This document shows, piece by piece, positions 8,207-17,113 of a DNA stretch of 64,000 nt. The number at the start of each line of letters is the position of its first letter. The stretch's first letter is position 1. The DNA comes from a candidate division WS6 bacterium GW2011_GWF2_39_15. Its GTDB lineage: Bacteria; Patescibacteriota; Dojkabacteria; SC72. A program made the translations under genes and the position numbers. Where the stretch lies: positions 4,695 to 68,694 of the forward strand of contig LBWK01000001.1 of the NCBI GenBank assembly GCA_000993565.1. The letters are read 5' to 3'. The notes below the pieces were generated by a model. That model made no database searches. It was not told the origin of the DNA and saw only the letters and a program-made list of their open reading frames with translations.

Positions 8207-10090
8207 ATGGAAAGAACCAAAATTATTGAAACGAAAGAAAAAGCAGGAAAGAAAGTCTCTATTTCGGGATGGGTAACCACTGTACGTGATCACGGTCAGA
8301 TAGCATTCATAATGCTTAAAGATAGGAGTGCCTATGTTCAATGTGTTTTAAACGGAGGGTTAAAAGAGCCTGTCGGTGAGGGTTATGTCTTGGAAATAGT
8401 CGGGGAAGTCAAAGAAAGGCCTGAAAAGATGAGAAACGATAAGATTCCGACAGGAAATGTTGAGATTGAGGTAGAGAGCTATAAGGTTTTAAACATGTCA
8501 AAGGATCTCCCGATGCCTCTAAATACGGATGGGAAAAATATAAATGAAGAGGTTCGATTAAAATACAGATATTTGGATTTACGACGAGATAGGATGCAGA
8601 AAATTTTGAAACTCAGATCTGATTATATTGCTGCAGTTAGGGAGGAGCTCAAAAAGAGAGAGTTTATTGAGATTGAGACTCCCATGCTGACCAAAGCAAC
8701 AAAAGAGGGTGCCAGAGACTTTATTGTCCCTTCAAGGTTTAATCCCGGAAAGTTCTATGCATTACCTCAAAGTCCTCAGCAGTATAAGCAGTTGATGATG
8801 ACTGCTGGTATAGAAAGGTATTTTCAGTTTGCAAGGTGCATTAGAGATGAAGATTTGAGGGCAGATAGAGGGTATGAACATACACAGATCGACCTAGAAA
8901 TGAGCTTTATGAACCAGAAGGAAGTGATGCAAACGGTTGAAGACATTATAAAAGGAGCTGTCAGTGCCGTTGGCGGACGAATAAAGGAAGATCCGTTCCC
9001 TGTAATTAATTATAAAGAGGCAATGGAGAAGTACGGAGCAGATAAGTTTGATTTAAGAACTGAGGAGGAGAAGAAAAATAATGTTCTTGCATTCGCATGG
9101 GTTGTAAATTTCCCTTTTTTTAAAAAGGTTGATGCTGGTGATGAGGCCGAAAAGAGAGATGGAAAAAGCGGTTGGGTCTTCACACACAATCCGTTTAGCA
9201 GTCCAATTCCTGAGCATTTAGAATGGCATATGAAAGGGGAGAATATCGGGGAGATAGTTACAGCTCAGTATGACCTTGTTTGTAATGGTCTTGAGGCCGG
9301 AGGAGGGAGTATTAGAGCTCATAATCCTGAAGTTCTTAAACAAACATTTAGGATAATGGGATATAGCGAAGAGGAAATTCAGGAGAGTGTGGGTCATATG
9401 CTTGAAGCTTTTGAACTCGGTACTCCTCCACATGGTGGAATCGGGATGGGTCTAGATAGACAAATAATGCTACTTGCCGGTGAAGATTCTTTAAAAGAAA
9501 CTATTGCCTTTCCGATGACTGCTACGGGGAAAACAGCTGTGATGGATGCACCAAGTCCAATTGGTAAAAAAGATTTAGAAACACTGCATTTGGATGTTAC
9601 AGATAAGGGAGGCAGTATGGTAGACAGAATTAAAGAGACTCTAGACAGTTTAGGTATGGTCTATAAGTACATGGAGCATGAAGAGGTTCGAACTTCCGAG
9701 GAAGCGGCAAAGATCAGAGGGGTAGACTTATCAACTGGTGCTAAGGCTATGGTTATTAAATCTAAGGAATATGAGGGTAAGTACATCATGGTTGTTATTC
9801 CTGCTGACAGGCAGCTTGATCTTGAAAAAGTGAAAAACCAGCTTGAGGAGGAGTTTGAAATTGCCCCTGCCAAGGAAGTGGAGCAATATACCGGATTAAA
9901 GCTCGGTTCTATTCCACCATTTGCCAGGCTACTTAAGATGGATTTGTACTTTGATAAGGCGATGTATGACAAAGAGACCGTTGCGTTTAACTGTGGTTTA
10001 AGAACCGCATCAATAATCATGAAGGGATCAGACCTTATAAAAGCTGCAAATCCGGACAAAAAGTCAGAGAAATTAGAATTTGCACAATAG
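8207..10090 (+). CDS. aspS: Aspartyl-tRNA synthetase (short form without the GAD insertion) fused to a C-terminal YbaK/ProX-like aminoacyl-tRNA deacylase domain
   Basis: Class IIb motifs: ALPQSPQQYKQLMM, FRCIRDEDLRADR, GGGSIRAHNPEV, GTPPHGGIGMGLDRQIML. The C-terminal ~150 aa (HEEVRTSEEAAKIRG...KAMVIK...GSIPPFA...VAFNCG) match the YbaK/ProX fold pattern. Confidence 0.8.
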   Translation: MERTKIIETKEKAGKKVSISGWVTTVRDHGQIAFIMLKDRSAYVQCVLNGGLKEPVGEGYVLEIVGEVKERPEKMRNDKIPTGNVEIEVESYKVLNMSKDLPMPLNTDGKNINEEVRLKYRYLDLRRDRMQKILKLRSDYIAAVREELKKREFIEIETPMLTKATKEGARDFIVPSRFNPGKFYALPQSPQQYKQLMMTAGIERYFQFARCIRDEDLRADRGYEHTQIDLEMSFMNQKEVMQTVEDIIKGAVSAVGGRIKEDPFPVINYKEAMEKYGADKFDLRTEEEKKNNVLAFAWVVNFPFFKKVDAGDEAEKRDGKSGWVFTHNPFSSPIPEHLEWHMKGENIGEIVTAQYDLVCNGLEAGGGSIRAHNPEVLKQTFRIMGYSEEEIQESVGHMLEAFELGTPPHGGIGMGLDRQIMLLAGEDSLKETIAFPMTATGKTAVMDAPSPIGKKDLETLHLDVTDKGGSMVDRIKETLDSLGMVYKYMEHEEVRTSEEAAKIRGVDLSTGAKAMVIKSKEYEGKYIMVVIPADRQLDLEKVKNQLEEEFEIAPAKEVEQYTGLKLGSIPPFARLLKMDLYFDKAMYDKETVAFNCGLRTASIIMKGSDLIKAANPDKKSEKLEFAQ

Positions 10091-11425
10091 TTATTGACCC
10101 TGTAAAAGAGTACCCGTGTCTACATCTTTTTCTGTAGGTTCTGTAAGGATGATTTTGTCGCCGACATTATTGTAGTCTACTGCGGGTACATAATAGTGGA
10201 AATTACCAACAATCCCTGAATCAAGGGTCGCTTCACCAGAGATGATGTAAACTGGTTGTAAATATTTTTGTTCCCCTGTTGATTCATAATATCCCAGTGT
10301 TACTGTGTAGATAGTAAATTTACGAACTTTTTTAGGGGTGTATGCTACTACGTCGTCTCCATTCTTTTCATTGAGATAAACAAGACTGCCTTTACCTTGC
10401 TGAACAATGTCCAGAGCTGTTGCCGGGGGGATTAAGTTATAAGTACCGCATGGTAAAGTATCAAGAGGCCAGTATGTATATCGGGCACCATAGATCGACT
10501 TGTTTCCGGTATCCGAAGACTTGTCCTGCTTATTTATTGGCCCTATGTAGACAGTAATATTCGGCTCGTTAGGATTTTGAAATGTGACTAAGGTATCAAA
10601 GTTATATATATCAATCCTACCTTTATCTGTAAGCATTGACTCCGTGGTCGACTGGAATAACTTCTTTTCAAGATCCGTTTTCATTGTCTCAGCCCCTTCA
10701 ATGTTAGATCTAATAGATATCATCGAAGCTTTTCGATAGAAATCCACTCTAATAAGTTCTGCATCAACTTTGGATCTTGCCTGGGTTAAGCTCCCGTTTG
10801 GCAGGATATTAATATAAGTTACTTGAGGAGTCTGTTTTATATAGTCATCTTGAAGCAGGCTTTTTCCCTTTAAGTAGTTAGTAGCAATGGTTACCGCTTC
10901 GTTATCTGAGGGGAGTGTAACTCCATGTTCAATTGCGGTAGGTTTAGTAAAGTCGGTTGTTAAAGTAAAGTTAAGGTTTCTAGCCTGTACTACCAGTGTC
11001 CTATATGTCAAAGAATCAAACCAGAGGTATTCTGCTGTTCCTCTACGTTGTATTGTATCCGGATTAAATCCTAGTTTCCCGGCTAAAATCTTAGCCTCAC
11101 CTTGAGAATTGAGAGACTGTCCTACATTATTAAACTTGTGAACATTAATAATCCTTGGAAGCGAGTCAACTTTTCCTGTTACAGTCTCAATTTCAAATAC
11201 TAAATCTGATCCTGCCGCCAGGCTTAACGAGGGAATATTTAGTTTATTTGTTAGAAACTCCTCTTTTTTCTCCGTACATGCATAGTTTGCCTGGAGATAC
11301 TCTGACGGAGCATTATTTTTAGGGATACTTAAGATTATTAGTGTCCCGATAATAAATATCGCAACACCAACAATTATCACCACTCCGAATTTTCTGGTCC
11401 AGTATGCAGCCTGAGTTAATGTCAT
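10091..11425 (-). CDS. Hypothetical extracytoplasmic protein with a single N-terminal TM anchor
   Basis: One N-terminal TM helix (VVIIVGVAIFIIGTLIILSI) followed by a ~400-aa soluble region with no recognisable motifs. Confidence 0.5.
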   Translation of the reverse strand: MTLTQAAYWTRKFGVVIIVGVAIFIIGTLIILSIPKNNAPSEYLQANYACTEKKEEFLTNKLNIPSLSLAAGSDLVFEIETVTGKVDSLPRIINVHKFNNVGQSLNSQGEAKILAGKLGFNPDTIQRRGTAEYLWFDSLTYRTLVVQARNLNFTLTTDFTKPTAIEHGVTLPSDNEAVTIATNYLKGKSLLQDDYIKQTPQVTYINILPNGSLTQARSKVDAELIRVDFYRKASMISIRSNIEGAETMKTDLEKKLFQSTTESMLTDKGRIDIYNFDTLVTFQNPNEPNITVYIGPINKQDKSSDTGNKSIYGARYTYWPLDTLPCGTYNLIPPATALDIVQQGKGSLVYLNEKNGDDVVAYTPKKVRKFTIYTVTLGYYESTGEQKYLQPVYIISGEATLDSGIVGNFHYYVPAVDYNNVGDKIILTEPTEKDVDTGTLLQGQ

Positions 11426-11465
11426 GCTATAATCATAACAGTTGTAAACTAGATCATCAATAAAT

Positions 11466-13025
11466 ATGAATGAGTTTCGTTATAGGGCAGCTCCAAGTCC
11501 TACTGGGAAAGTGCACATTGGTACAATTAGAGCATATCTTCCCAACTATTTGCTTGCCAAAAAGTATGGTGGGAAAAACATTTTGCGTGTTGAGGATACA
11601 GATCAGACCAGATTAGTACCCAATGGTGTGGAAGCAATGATAGAGGCTTATGAAAATGTCGGAATAGAGTTTGATGAAGGTCCTCACAAACCGGGTAAAT
11701 ATGGCCCCTATGTCCAGTCAGAAAGGCTTGATATATACAAGAAATATGCCGATGAGCTTGTAGAAAAAGGTCATGCATACTACTGTTTCTGTTCAAAAGA
11801 AAGACTTGAGAAACTAAGAGAAGATCAGAAGGCAAATAAACTAAAGCCGATGTATGACGGACTTTGTAGGGATATACCTGTTGAAGAAGCCAAAAAAAAG
11901 GTTGCAAATGGTGAGAGCCATGTAATAAGAATGCGCTTTCCTAACGAAGGGGTGACAGTAAGTGAAGATATTGTATATGGAAAGGTAAGTGTGAAGAATA
12001 GTGATGTTGAGGATCAAATTCTGATGAAAGCCGATGGATTCCCAACATATCATCTTGCAGTAGTTGTCGATGATCATCTGATGGAGATCACAACCGCAAT
12101 TCGAGGAGACGACTGGCTTCCAAGCTATCCAAAGCACGTTAAACTTTATGAAATGTTTGGCTGGAAACCTCCAAAGTTTGCTCATCTTCCAATGATTCTT
12201 AATCCGGATGGCAGGAAAAAACTGAGTAAAAGGCATGGAGCTTTTCCGGTCAGCCAGATTCTTCGCAAAGGTTATCTAAAAGAAGCCATTATGAACTATG
12301 CCCTTTTATGCGGATGGGCACCGAGACCTGAAATGGCACATCAGGATGAGATCTATATGCCTGATGAGCTTATCCAGCTATTTGACCTGGATAGAGTTCA
12401 TAGGACTGCAGCCCGATACGACCAAAAGAAATTTGATTATATTAATTCCAAACATATTAGAAGGCTAAGTATTGAGGAGTTGGTGGAAAGAGTTTTCGTA
12501 TGGGCCCAAAAGTATGTATTGGGAGAGTTTATTAGCGATTCATATACAGAGCCTGCACAGTGGGAATCAAGTCTGAAAGTGATTATCAATAGGTATTTGT
12601 CTAAATGGAAGGATAATATAGACCTATTCAAAAAGGCTCTATTATTAGAACAGGACCGTATTGTTACTCTTTCCGATATTCCTTATGCATTGGACTTTTT
12701 CTATGAAGACGAAGTGAGCTGGGAAGAGAGTGATTGGAACACCAAAAACCATGATAAAAAGGAATTGGCTAGTGCTTTGGAAAACATACTTCCCAAGCTA
12801 GAAGAGATATTTAAGGAGGATAATTTCGATCATGATGAATGGGAAAAAGTTGTTAGAGGGCATGCAGATGAACTAGGTTGGAAGCATGGGGATCTGTTTT
12901 TAGCAATTAGATCGGCAACAACTGGCAGACTCCAAAGTCCTCCGTTGCTTGAATGTTATGAGATTATGGGATGGGAAAAAGTAAAAGTATTTATATTGCA
13001 AGCCATTAACTGGTTAAGGCTATAA
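11466..13025 (+). CDS. gltX: Glutamyl-tRNA synthetase
   Basis: HIGH-region APSPTGKVHIGTIR and KMSKS-type KLSKRHG. Characteristic of class I GluRS. Confidence 0.85.
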   Translation: MNEFRYRAAPSPTGKVHIGTIRAYLPNYLLAKKYGGKNILRVEDTDQTRLVPNGVEAMIEAYENVGIEFDEGPHKPGKYGPYVQSERLDIYKKYADELVEKGHAYYCFCSKERLEKLREDQKANKLKPMYDGLCRDIPVEEAKKKVANGESHVIRMRFPNEGVTVSEDIVYGKVSVKNSDVEDQILMKADGFPTYHLAVVVDDHLMEITTAIRGDDWLPSYPKHVKLYEMFGWKPPKFAHLPMILNPDGRKKLSKRHGAFPVSQILRKGYLKEAIMNYALLCGWAPRPEMAHQDEIYMPDELIQLFDLDRVHRTAARYDQKKFDYINSKHIRRLSIEELVERVFVWAQKYVLGEFISDSYTEPAQWESSLKVIINRYLSKWKDNIDLFKKALLLEQDRIVTLSDIPYALDFFYEDEVSWEESDWNTKNHDKKELASALENILPKLEEIFKEDNFDHDEWEKVVRGHADELGWKHGDLFLAIRSATTGRLQSPPLLECYEIMGWEKVKVFILQAINWLRL

Positions 13026-13027
13026 AA

Positions 13028-13372
13028 ATGAATTATCCGTGGTATTTGAAAATCCTTACTGTTTTAATAGTTACCGTATTTGTAGTCATTGGCGATGTGT
13101 TGCTTAAAAACTCTATTTCTGCTGTAGGGACAAAGAAAGTTCTATATATTCTTGGTGGTATTATTATCTATATTATTAGTGCTTTCGGTTTTCAGAGGAT
13201 GTACAAGGTAATGGAGTTTTCAAACTCAGGAGTTATTTATGCAGTGATTTCTGTTGTCCTCTTTACTGCAATCGGTTTGTTCTTGTACCACGAGAAAGTT
13301 ACACCATATGAAGTACTTGGTATTGTATTAGCCTTAATCTCTGTTTACCTCATGTCTAGATTCGCAAATTAG
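13028..13372 (+). CDS. Small 4-TM membrane protein (SMR/EamA-like, DMT superfamily)
   Basis: 114 aa, four hydrophobic helices, with the size and pattern of EmrE/ArnE-like proteins. Confidence 0.5.
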   Translation: MNYPWYLKILTVLIVTVFVVIGDVLLKNSISAVGTKKVLYILGGIIIYIISAFGFQRMYKVMEFSNSGVIYAVISVVLFTAIGLFLYHEKVTPYEVLGIVLALISVYLMSRFAN

Positions 13373-13401
13373 CGGCAGATTTTGTATAATCCCTATGTTA
13401 T

Positions 13402-13475
13402 TGCCGGATCGTCTAAAGGTAGGACGACTGCCTCTGGAGCAGTTAATCTTGGTTCGAGTCCAGGTCCGGCAACCA
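13402..13475 (+). tRNA. tRNA-Gln (anticodon CTG), CCA encoded
   Basis: Hand-folded cloverleaf. Acceptor TGCCGGA/TCCGGCA, U8, D-stem GTCT/GGAC with a GG-containing loop, anticodon stem ACTGC/GCAGT with loop CTCTGGA, T-arm CTTGG-TTCGAGT-CCAGG, discriminator A then CCA. An extended -10 TGTATAAT lies at 13383-13390. Confidence 0.8.
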
Positions 13476-13479
13476 GCTT

Positions 13480-15828
13480 TTATTCCGCAACAGCCTGTAC
13501 GACAACATCCGCATTTTGCTGTGTTCCGCATGTTGTTGAGGTTGGGGTTGTAAGTCTGAGATCAAACGTTTTTGTCCCAGTTTGTGCGATTCCAGTTCCT
13601 AATGTCTGATATGAGGTTGTGAGTGCTGTCCAGTTTGCCCCCGCGTTAGTAGAAAATTCATGCTTATACTGATCCGTTCCTGTTGTACCCGCTAGTGTCC
13701 ATGGACAGCTGGTGTTTTGCCCTTTAATATTAGCCGTTACATTAACATTCCCAGCGTTAGTAACCGTTTGGGTATCATTTAAATCTCCTGCGGTGGTATT
13801 TTTCGAAGCATTGGCTGAGAGTAGTCCGTAGGCGACGATTCCGTCACTTACAGTTATTGATACTACAATACTTTTTACCCAAACTGCATATTGATACGCA
13901 AAAGTATTTTCGTTTGCCGCGACCTGATTTCCAACGCTGAAACCGGTTGTTAAGATAGATGTTATAGCTCCCGTCTCGGTTGGAGCGTTTCTAAACGGTT
14001 GTGCTGCATCTCCGCTTTGAGCACTTGTTCTGAGTATTGCACCCCGTGCTGTTCCGCCGGTTTCTTTCTTAACCCATATGAAGTCAGGTTGCCATGTTGA
14101 GCTTGTCACATTTTGAGAAGTACCATTCCCAGTATAATTTCCGACAGCAAATTTGTTTCCTGTTTTAAACATGAAATAGAAGAATGTTCTGCCGGCAAAG
14201 TTCACTATACTATTTGTTCCCCTTTGAAACCCATCGGAATTGATTTGCTGTATATAATCGGCACCGGCCGTTAGAGCATTAAAAAAGATCGAGGAATCCC
14301 CAGTTATATTTGAAGTCCTCCAAGCTCCTACATTCCCCCCGTTTCCCTTAACAGCAACCAGATTGGGCTGAATAGGAAGACGGTATATATCACGATTATC
14401 AGTACCATCTCCAATATATGAACCTATTAAAAAGTCGGATGAGCCCCCAGACTTATCTGGTTTCATTGCATTACCAAATGCAGTCCAATAGTAGGTGTCT
14501 CCGGAGGTATTAACTGTTGCATGAGTGCCTACAGTAAAACCGTCAGAGTTTAGTGATGTAATCGCGCCGGCAAAGTTTGAAGCACCGTTGGCAAAGTATC
14601 CGGTAGCATCGCCGATCATTAATGATGTTTTAAAGACAGCATCCTGGTCTGTGGTTTGATCGTTGTGTTTTATAATTACAAGATCAGGTTTATAGCTAAG
14701 AGATGTTACAGAGAGCGATGATCCTGTCCCGGTATATGATCCGTTGTCCATGAGGAAGGTTCCTGTCCCAGCCGTCTTTGTTGATGCTCCACCGAAGGCT
14801 GCGTAGTAATAGGTTGATGCGTTAATATTAGTCTCGTTTGAAGTCCCTATTTGAAATCCTCCTGTGGAAAGTAGCTGCTGTATGTTATTTGGTGCACTAC
14901 CTGTGTCTGTTGAGAAAAAAGATCTGTCGCCATAGTGTTCTGAGATACTATGTACAGCTTGTCTGTTTGTTGTATTTGTTTTGTTTTTCACAAATACATA
15001 GTTTGGTCTGAATGTAAGGCCGGAGTCTATAGAGGTATCTATATCTCGATTATCCGTAGCATTCCCTGTATATGTTCCCACATCCATGGCACCTGAGACT
15101 TCTTTAAAAGCTATAAACCAGAAATTTATACTGTTTTCATTAACTACATTGTTATTTCCCACAGTAAATCCTGATGCATCTAGAGTTTGAATTCTCTGCC
15201 CAGTGCTATCCTCGTTATTGAGCCCGAAGAAATTAGAAGTATTGGTGCCCATAGGGGTAGATTTCCACATCGCAAGACTTGTATTGGAAGATTTAACTAT
15301 GGCAAGATCAGGCTGAAAGCCTGTATTTACAGATTGAGACGTCCCATTCCCAGTATAACTTCCAACACAAAATGTCCCTGACGACGTACAGTCGGAACCT
15401 CCGAATGCAATCCAGAAATACATCACCGCAGAAGTATTTACATCTGCATTTGTCCCAATTGTAAATCCATCGCTGTCAATCGATTGTATTGTATCAGAAG
15501 TTATATCTACATCCTGATCTGCTAACCTTGCCGTTGTTTCCCCTGACATGGCAGAAGTCTTAAACAGTGTTCCATCTACGCCTGCATTGGAGTCATCTTT
15601 AATGAGTATGAGGTCAGGTTGAAAGCCAAGTCCTGTGATAGTTCGGTTATCCGTTCCATCGCCCAAATAGTAACCAGTTTGTATTGAAAAGGTTGCTGCC
15701 TGAACATCCTGCTCAAAGTAGGGGAGAGAGTGTGAAATAATAAAGTATAAAAAATACGTGGTACTTAAAGCCGTAGCAAAATAGGATAAGAGAGTTGCTA
15801 AACTTTTCGATAAAGGACGGTGTGTCAT
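13480..15828 (-). CDS. Large repeat-containing cell-surface protein: N-terminal TM/signal anchor, six ~100-aa internal repeats, C-terminal ~130-aa domain paralogous to the 15969..16478 product
   Basis: Repeats each carry YxGNGT(D/S)NR...GFQPDL(V/I)xIK and (S)DGFTVG...VN...Y(Y/F)WxAFG. C-terminal domain: ITVSDGIVAYG...PWTLAG...ALTTSYQTLGT...GTKTFDL...VVVQAVAE. Confidence 0.7.
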   Translation of the reverse strand: MTHRPLSKSLATLLSYFATALSTTYFLYFIISHSLPYFEQDVQAATFSIQTGYYLGDGTDNRTITGLGFQPDLILIKDDSNAGVDGTLFKTSAMSGETTARLADQDVDITSDTIQSIDSDGFTIGTNADVNTSAVMYFWIAFGGSDCTSSGTFCVGSYTGNGTSQSVNTGFQPDLAIVKSSNTSLAMWKSTPMGTNTSNFFGLNNEDSTGQRIQTLDASGFTVGNNNVVNENSINFWFIAFKEVSGAMDVGTYTGNATDNRDIDTSIDSGLTFRPNYVFVKNKTNTTNRQAVHSISEHYGDRSFFSTDTGSAPNNIQQLLSTGGFQIGTSNETNINASTYYYAAFGGASTKTAGTGTFLMDNGSYTGTGSSLSVTSLSYKPDLVIIKHNDQTTDQDAVFKTSLMIGDATGYFANGASNFAGAITSLNSDGFTVGTHATVNTSGDTYYWTAFGNAMKPDKSGGSSDFLIGSYIGDGTDNRDIYRLPIQPNLVAVKGNGGNVGAWRTSNITGDSSIFFNALTAGADYIQQINSDGFQRGTNSIVNFAGRTFFYFMFKTGNKFAVGNYTGNGTSQNVTSSTWQPDFIWVKKETGGTARGAILRTSAQSGDAAQPFRNAPTETGAITSILTTGFSVGNQVAANENTFAYQYAVWVKSIVVSITVSDGIVAYGLLSANASKNTTAGDLNDTQTVTNAGNVNVTANIKGQNTSCPWTLAGTTGTDQYKHEFSTNAGANWTALTTSYQTLGTGIAQTGTKTFDLRLTTPTSTTCGTQQNADVVVQAVAE

Positions 15829-15968
15829 TTCTACTTCATTGTACTCAGGTATTATTGTATTTGTCTATTCCAATATACAAATATAGACTACAGGATGGGG
15901 CGTATTGTTGACATACTACAGAGGCTCATGTAATGTTTATTAATATTTAATCTTTTGAATATTCTACT

Positions 15969-16478
15969 ATGGGAATAGGTAAAGTACTCACTATTGTAGG
16001 GGTAACTTCATTTGGTTTTCTATTTGGGTTTAAAGTGTTAGCAGCAGATACTGCCACTGTGGCAGCTACTGTAACAGTGCAAAATATCTCCGTTACTGTA
16101 TCAGATGGTACGGTTGCCTATGGTACCCTTGCTGTGAATACAACAAAGTCGACCATTGCAGCGGATTTAAATGATCTCCAAACTGCAACCAATAATGGGA
16201 ATATCACTGAAGATTTTAATATCAGAGGGCAGAACAGCACAGCTTGGACACTTGGAGCCACAGCTGCTGCCGACCAGTATATACATAGGTTCTGTACTGC
16301 CACCTGTGGAACACCTCCTACCAACTACACTGCATTAACAACTTCTTATCAAACGCTGGGGACTGCTGTTGCAACCAGTGGAACGAAAACCTTTGATTTG
16401 CAGATTAATACGCCTACATCATCTTCTTCATTTGCATCACAAGCTGTTGATGTGATTGTACAAGCAGTAGCGAACTAG
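15969..16478 (+). CDS. Small secreted protein paralogous to the C-terminal domain of the 782-aa repeat protein
   Basis: Signal peptide (VLAADT). Then ISVTVSDGTVAYG...AWTLGA...ALTTSYQTLGT...SGTKTFDL...VIVQAVAN, with an identical ALTTSYQTLGT 11-mer shared with the large protein. Confidence 0.7.
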   Translation: MGIGKVLTIVGVTSFGFLFGFKVLAADTATVAATVTVQNISVTVSDGTVAYGTLAVNTTKSTIAADLNDLQTATNNGNITEDFNIRGQNSTAWTLGATAAADQYIHRFCTATCGTPPTNYTALTTSYQTLGTAVATSGTKTFDLQINTPTSSSSFASQAVDVIVQAVAN

Positions 16479-16493
16479 TTTAAAAATAGGAAT

Positions 16494-17108
16494 ATGCAAA
16501 AATACATAAAACTTCTGCTTGTAACTGTAATTCTCCTGAGCATTACAAGCCCGGTCCTTGCAAGTATTGGAGTAGGGGTAGGGACAGGAAAGATAATAGT
16601 CGATGATAAGTTGAAACCGGGTCAGATTTATAGGCTTCCCAGCATTACAGTGCTAAATACCGGGGACGAGGAGGCTGAATATGGGCTGAGTATTGCCTAT
16701 CACGAAAAGCAGCCGGAAAGAAAACCTGCTATGGTATGGTTCAGATTTGACCCTGAAAGGTTTCCACTTAAACCTGGAGAATCTAAAGTAGTATCAATCA
16801 TTCTCGATCTGCCTGTTAATACTAAGCCGGGTGATTATTTCGCATATGTAGAAGCCTCCCCCAAAAAGAAGGCAGTGCAGGGTAATGGTGCTTCTATCGG
16901 GGTAGCAGCTGCTTCAAAATTGTACTTTACAGTAGTACCCGCAAATTTCATCGCGGGTGTATATTATAAACTTCTGTCTTTATGGCAGTTGTATATGCCA
17001 TGGTCCGAGAGGGTCGCTTTTACATTAGCCGTTATTGTTTTGTTTCTGGTTTTTAGAAAGTATTTCAAAATTGAACTTAAGTCCAAAAAATCAAATGTTT
17101 CAAGATAA
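16494..17108 (+). CDS. Secreted beta-sandwich protein with a C-terminal TM anchor (DUF916/DUF11/CARDB-like architecture)
   Basis: Signal peptide, an Ig-like pattern (ITVLNTGDEEAEYGL...PGESKVVSIILDLP...PGDYFAYVEA), then a C-terminal hydrophobic helix and basic tail. Confidence 0.5.
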   Translation: MQKYIKLLLVTVILLSITSPVLASIGVGVGTGKIIVDDKLKPGQIYRLPSITVLNTGDEEAEYGLSIAYHEKQPERKPAMVWFRFDPERFPLKPGESKVVSIILDLPVNTKPGDYFAYVEASPKKKAVQGNGASIGVAAASKLYFTVVPANFIAGVYYKLLSLWQLYMPWSERVAFTLAVIVLFLVFRKYFKIELKSKKSNVSR

Positions 17109-17113
17109 AATGA

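Noticed and set aside
13334-13609. ORFs 13334..13531 (-) and 13382..13609 (+) from the track
   Set aside because: They overlie a well-formed tRNA-Gln cloverleaf and the 3' end of the 782-aa gene. The Cys/Gly/Arg-rich translations are typical of spurious frames.
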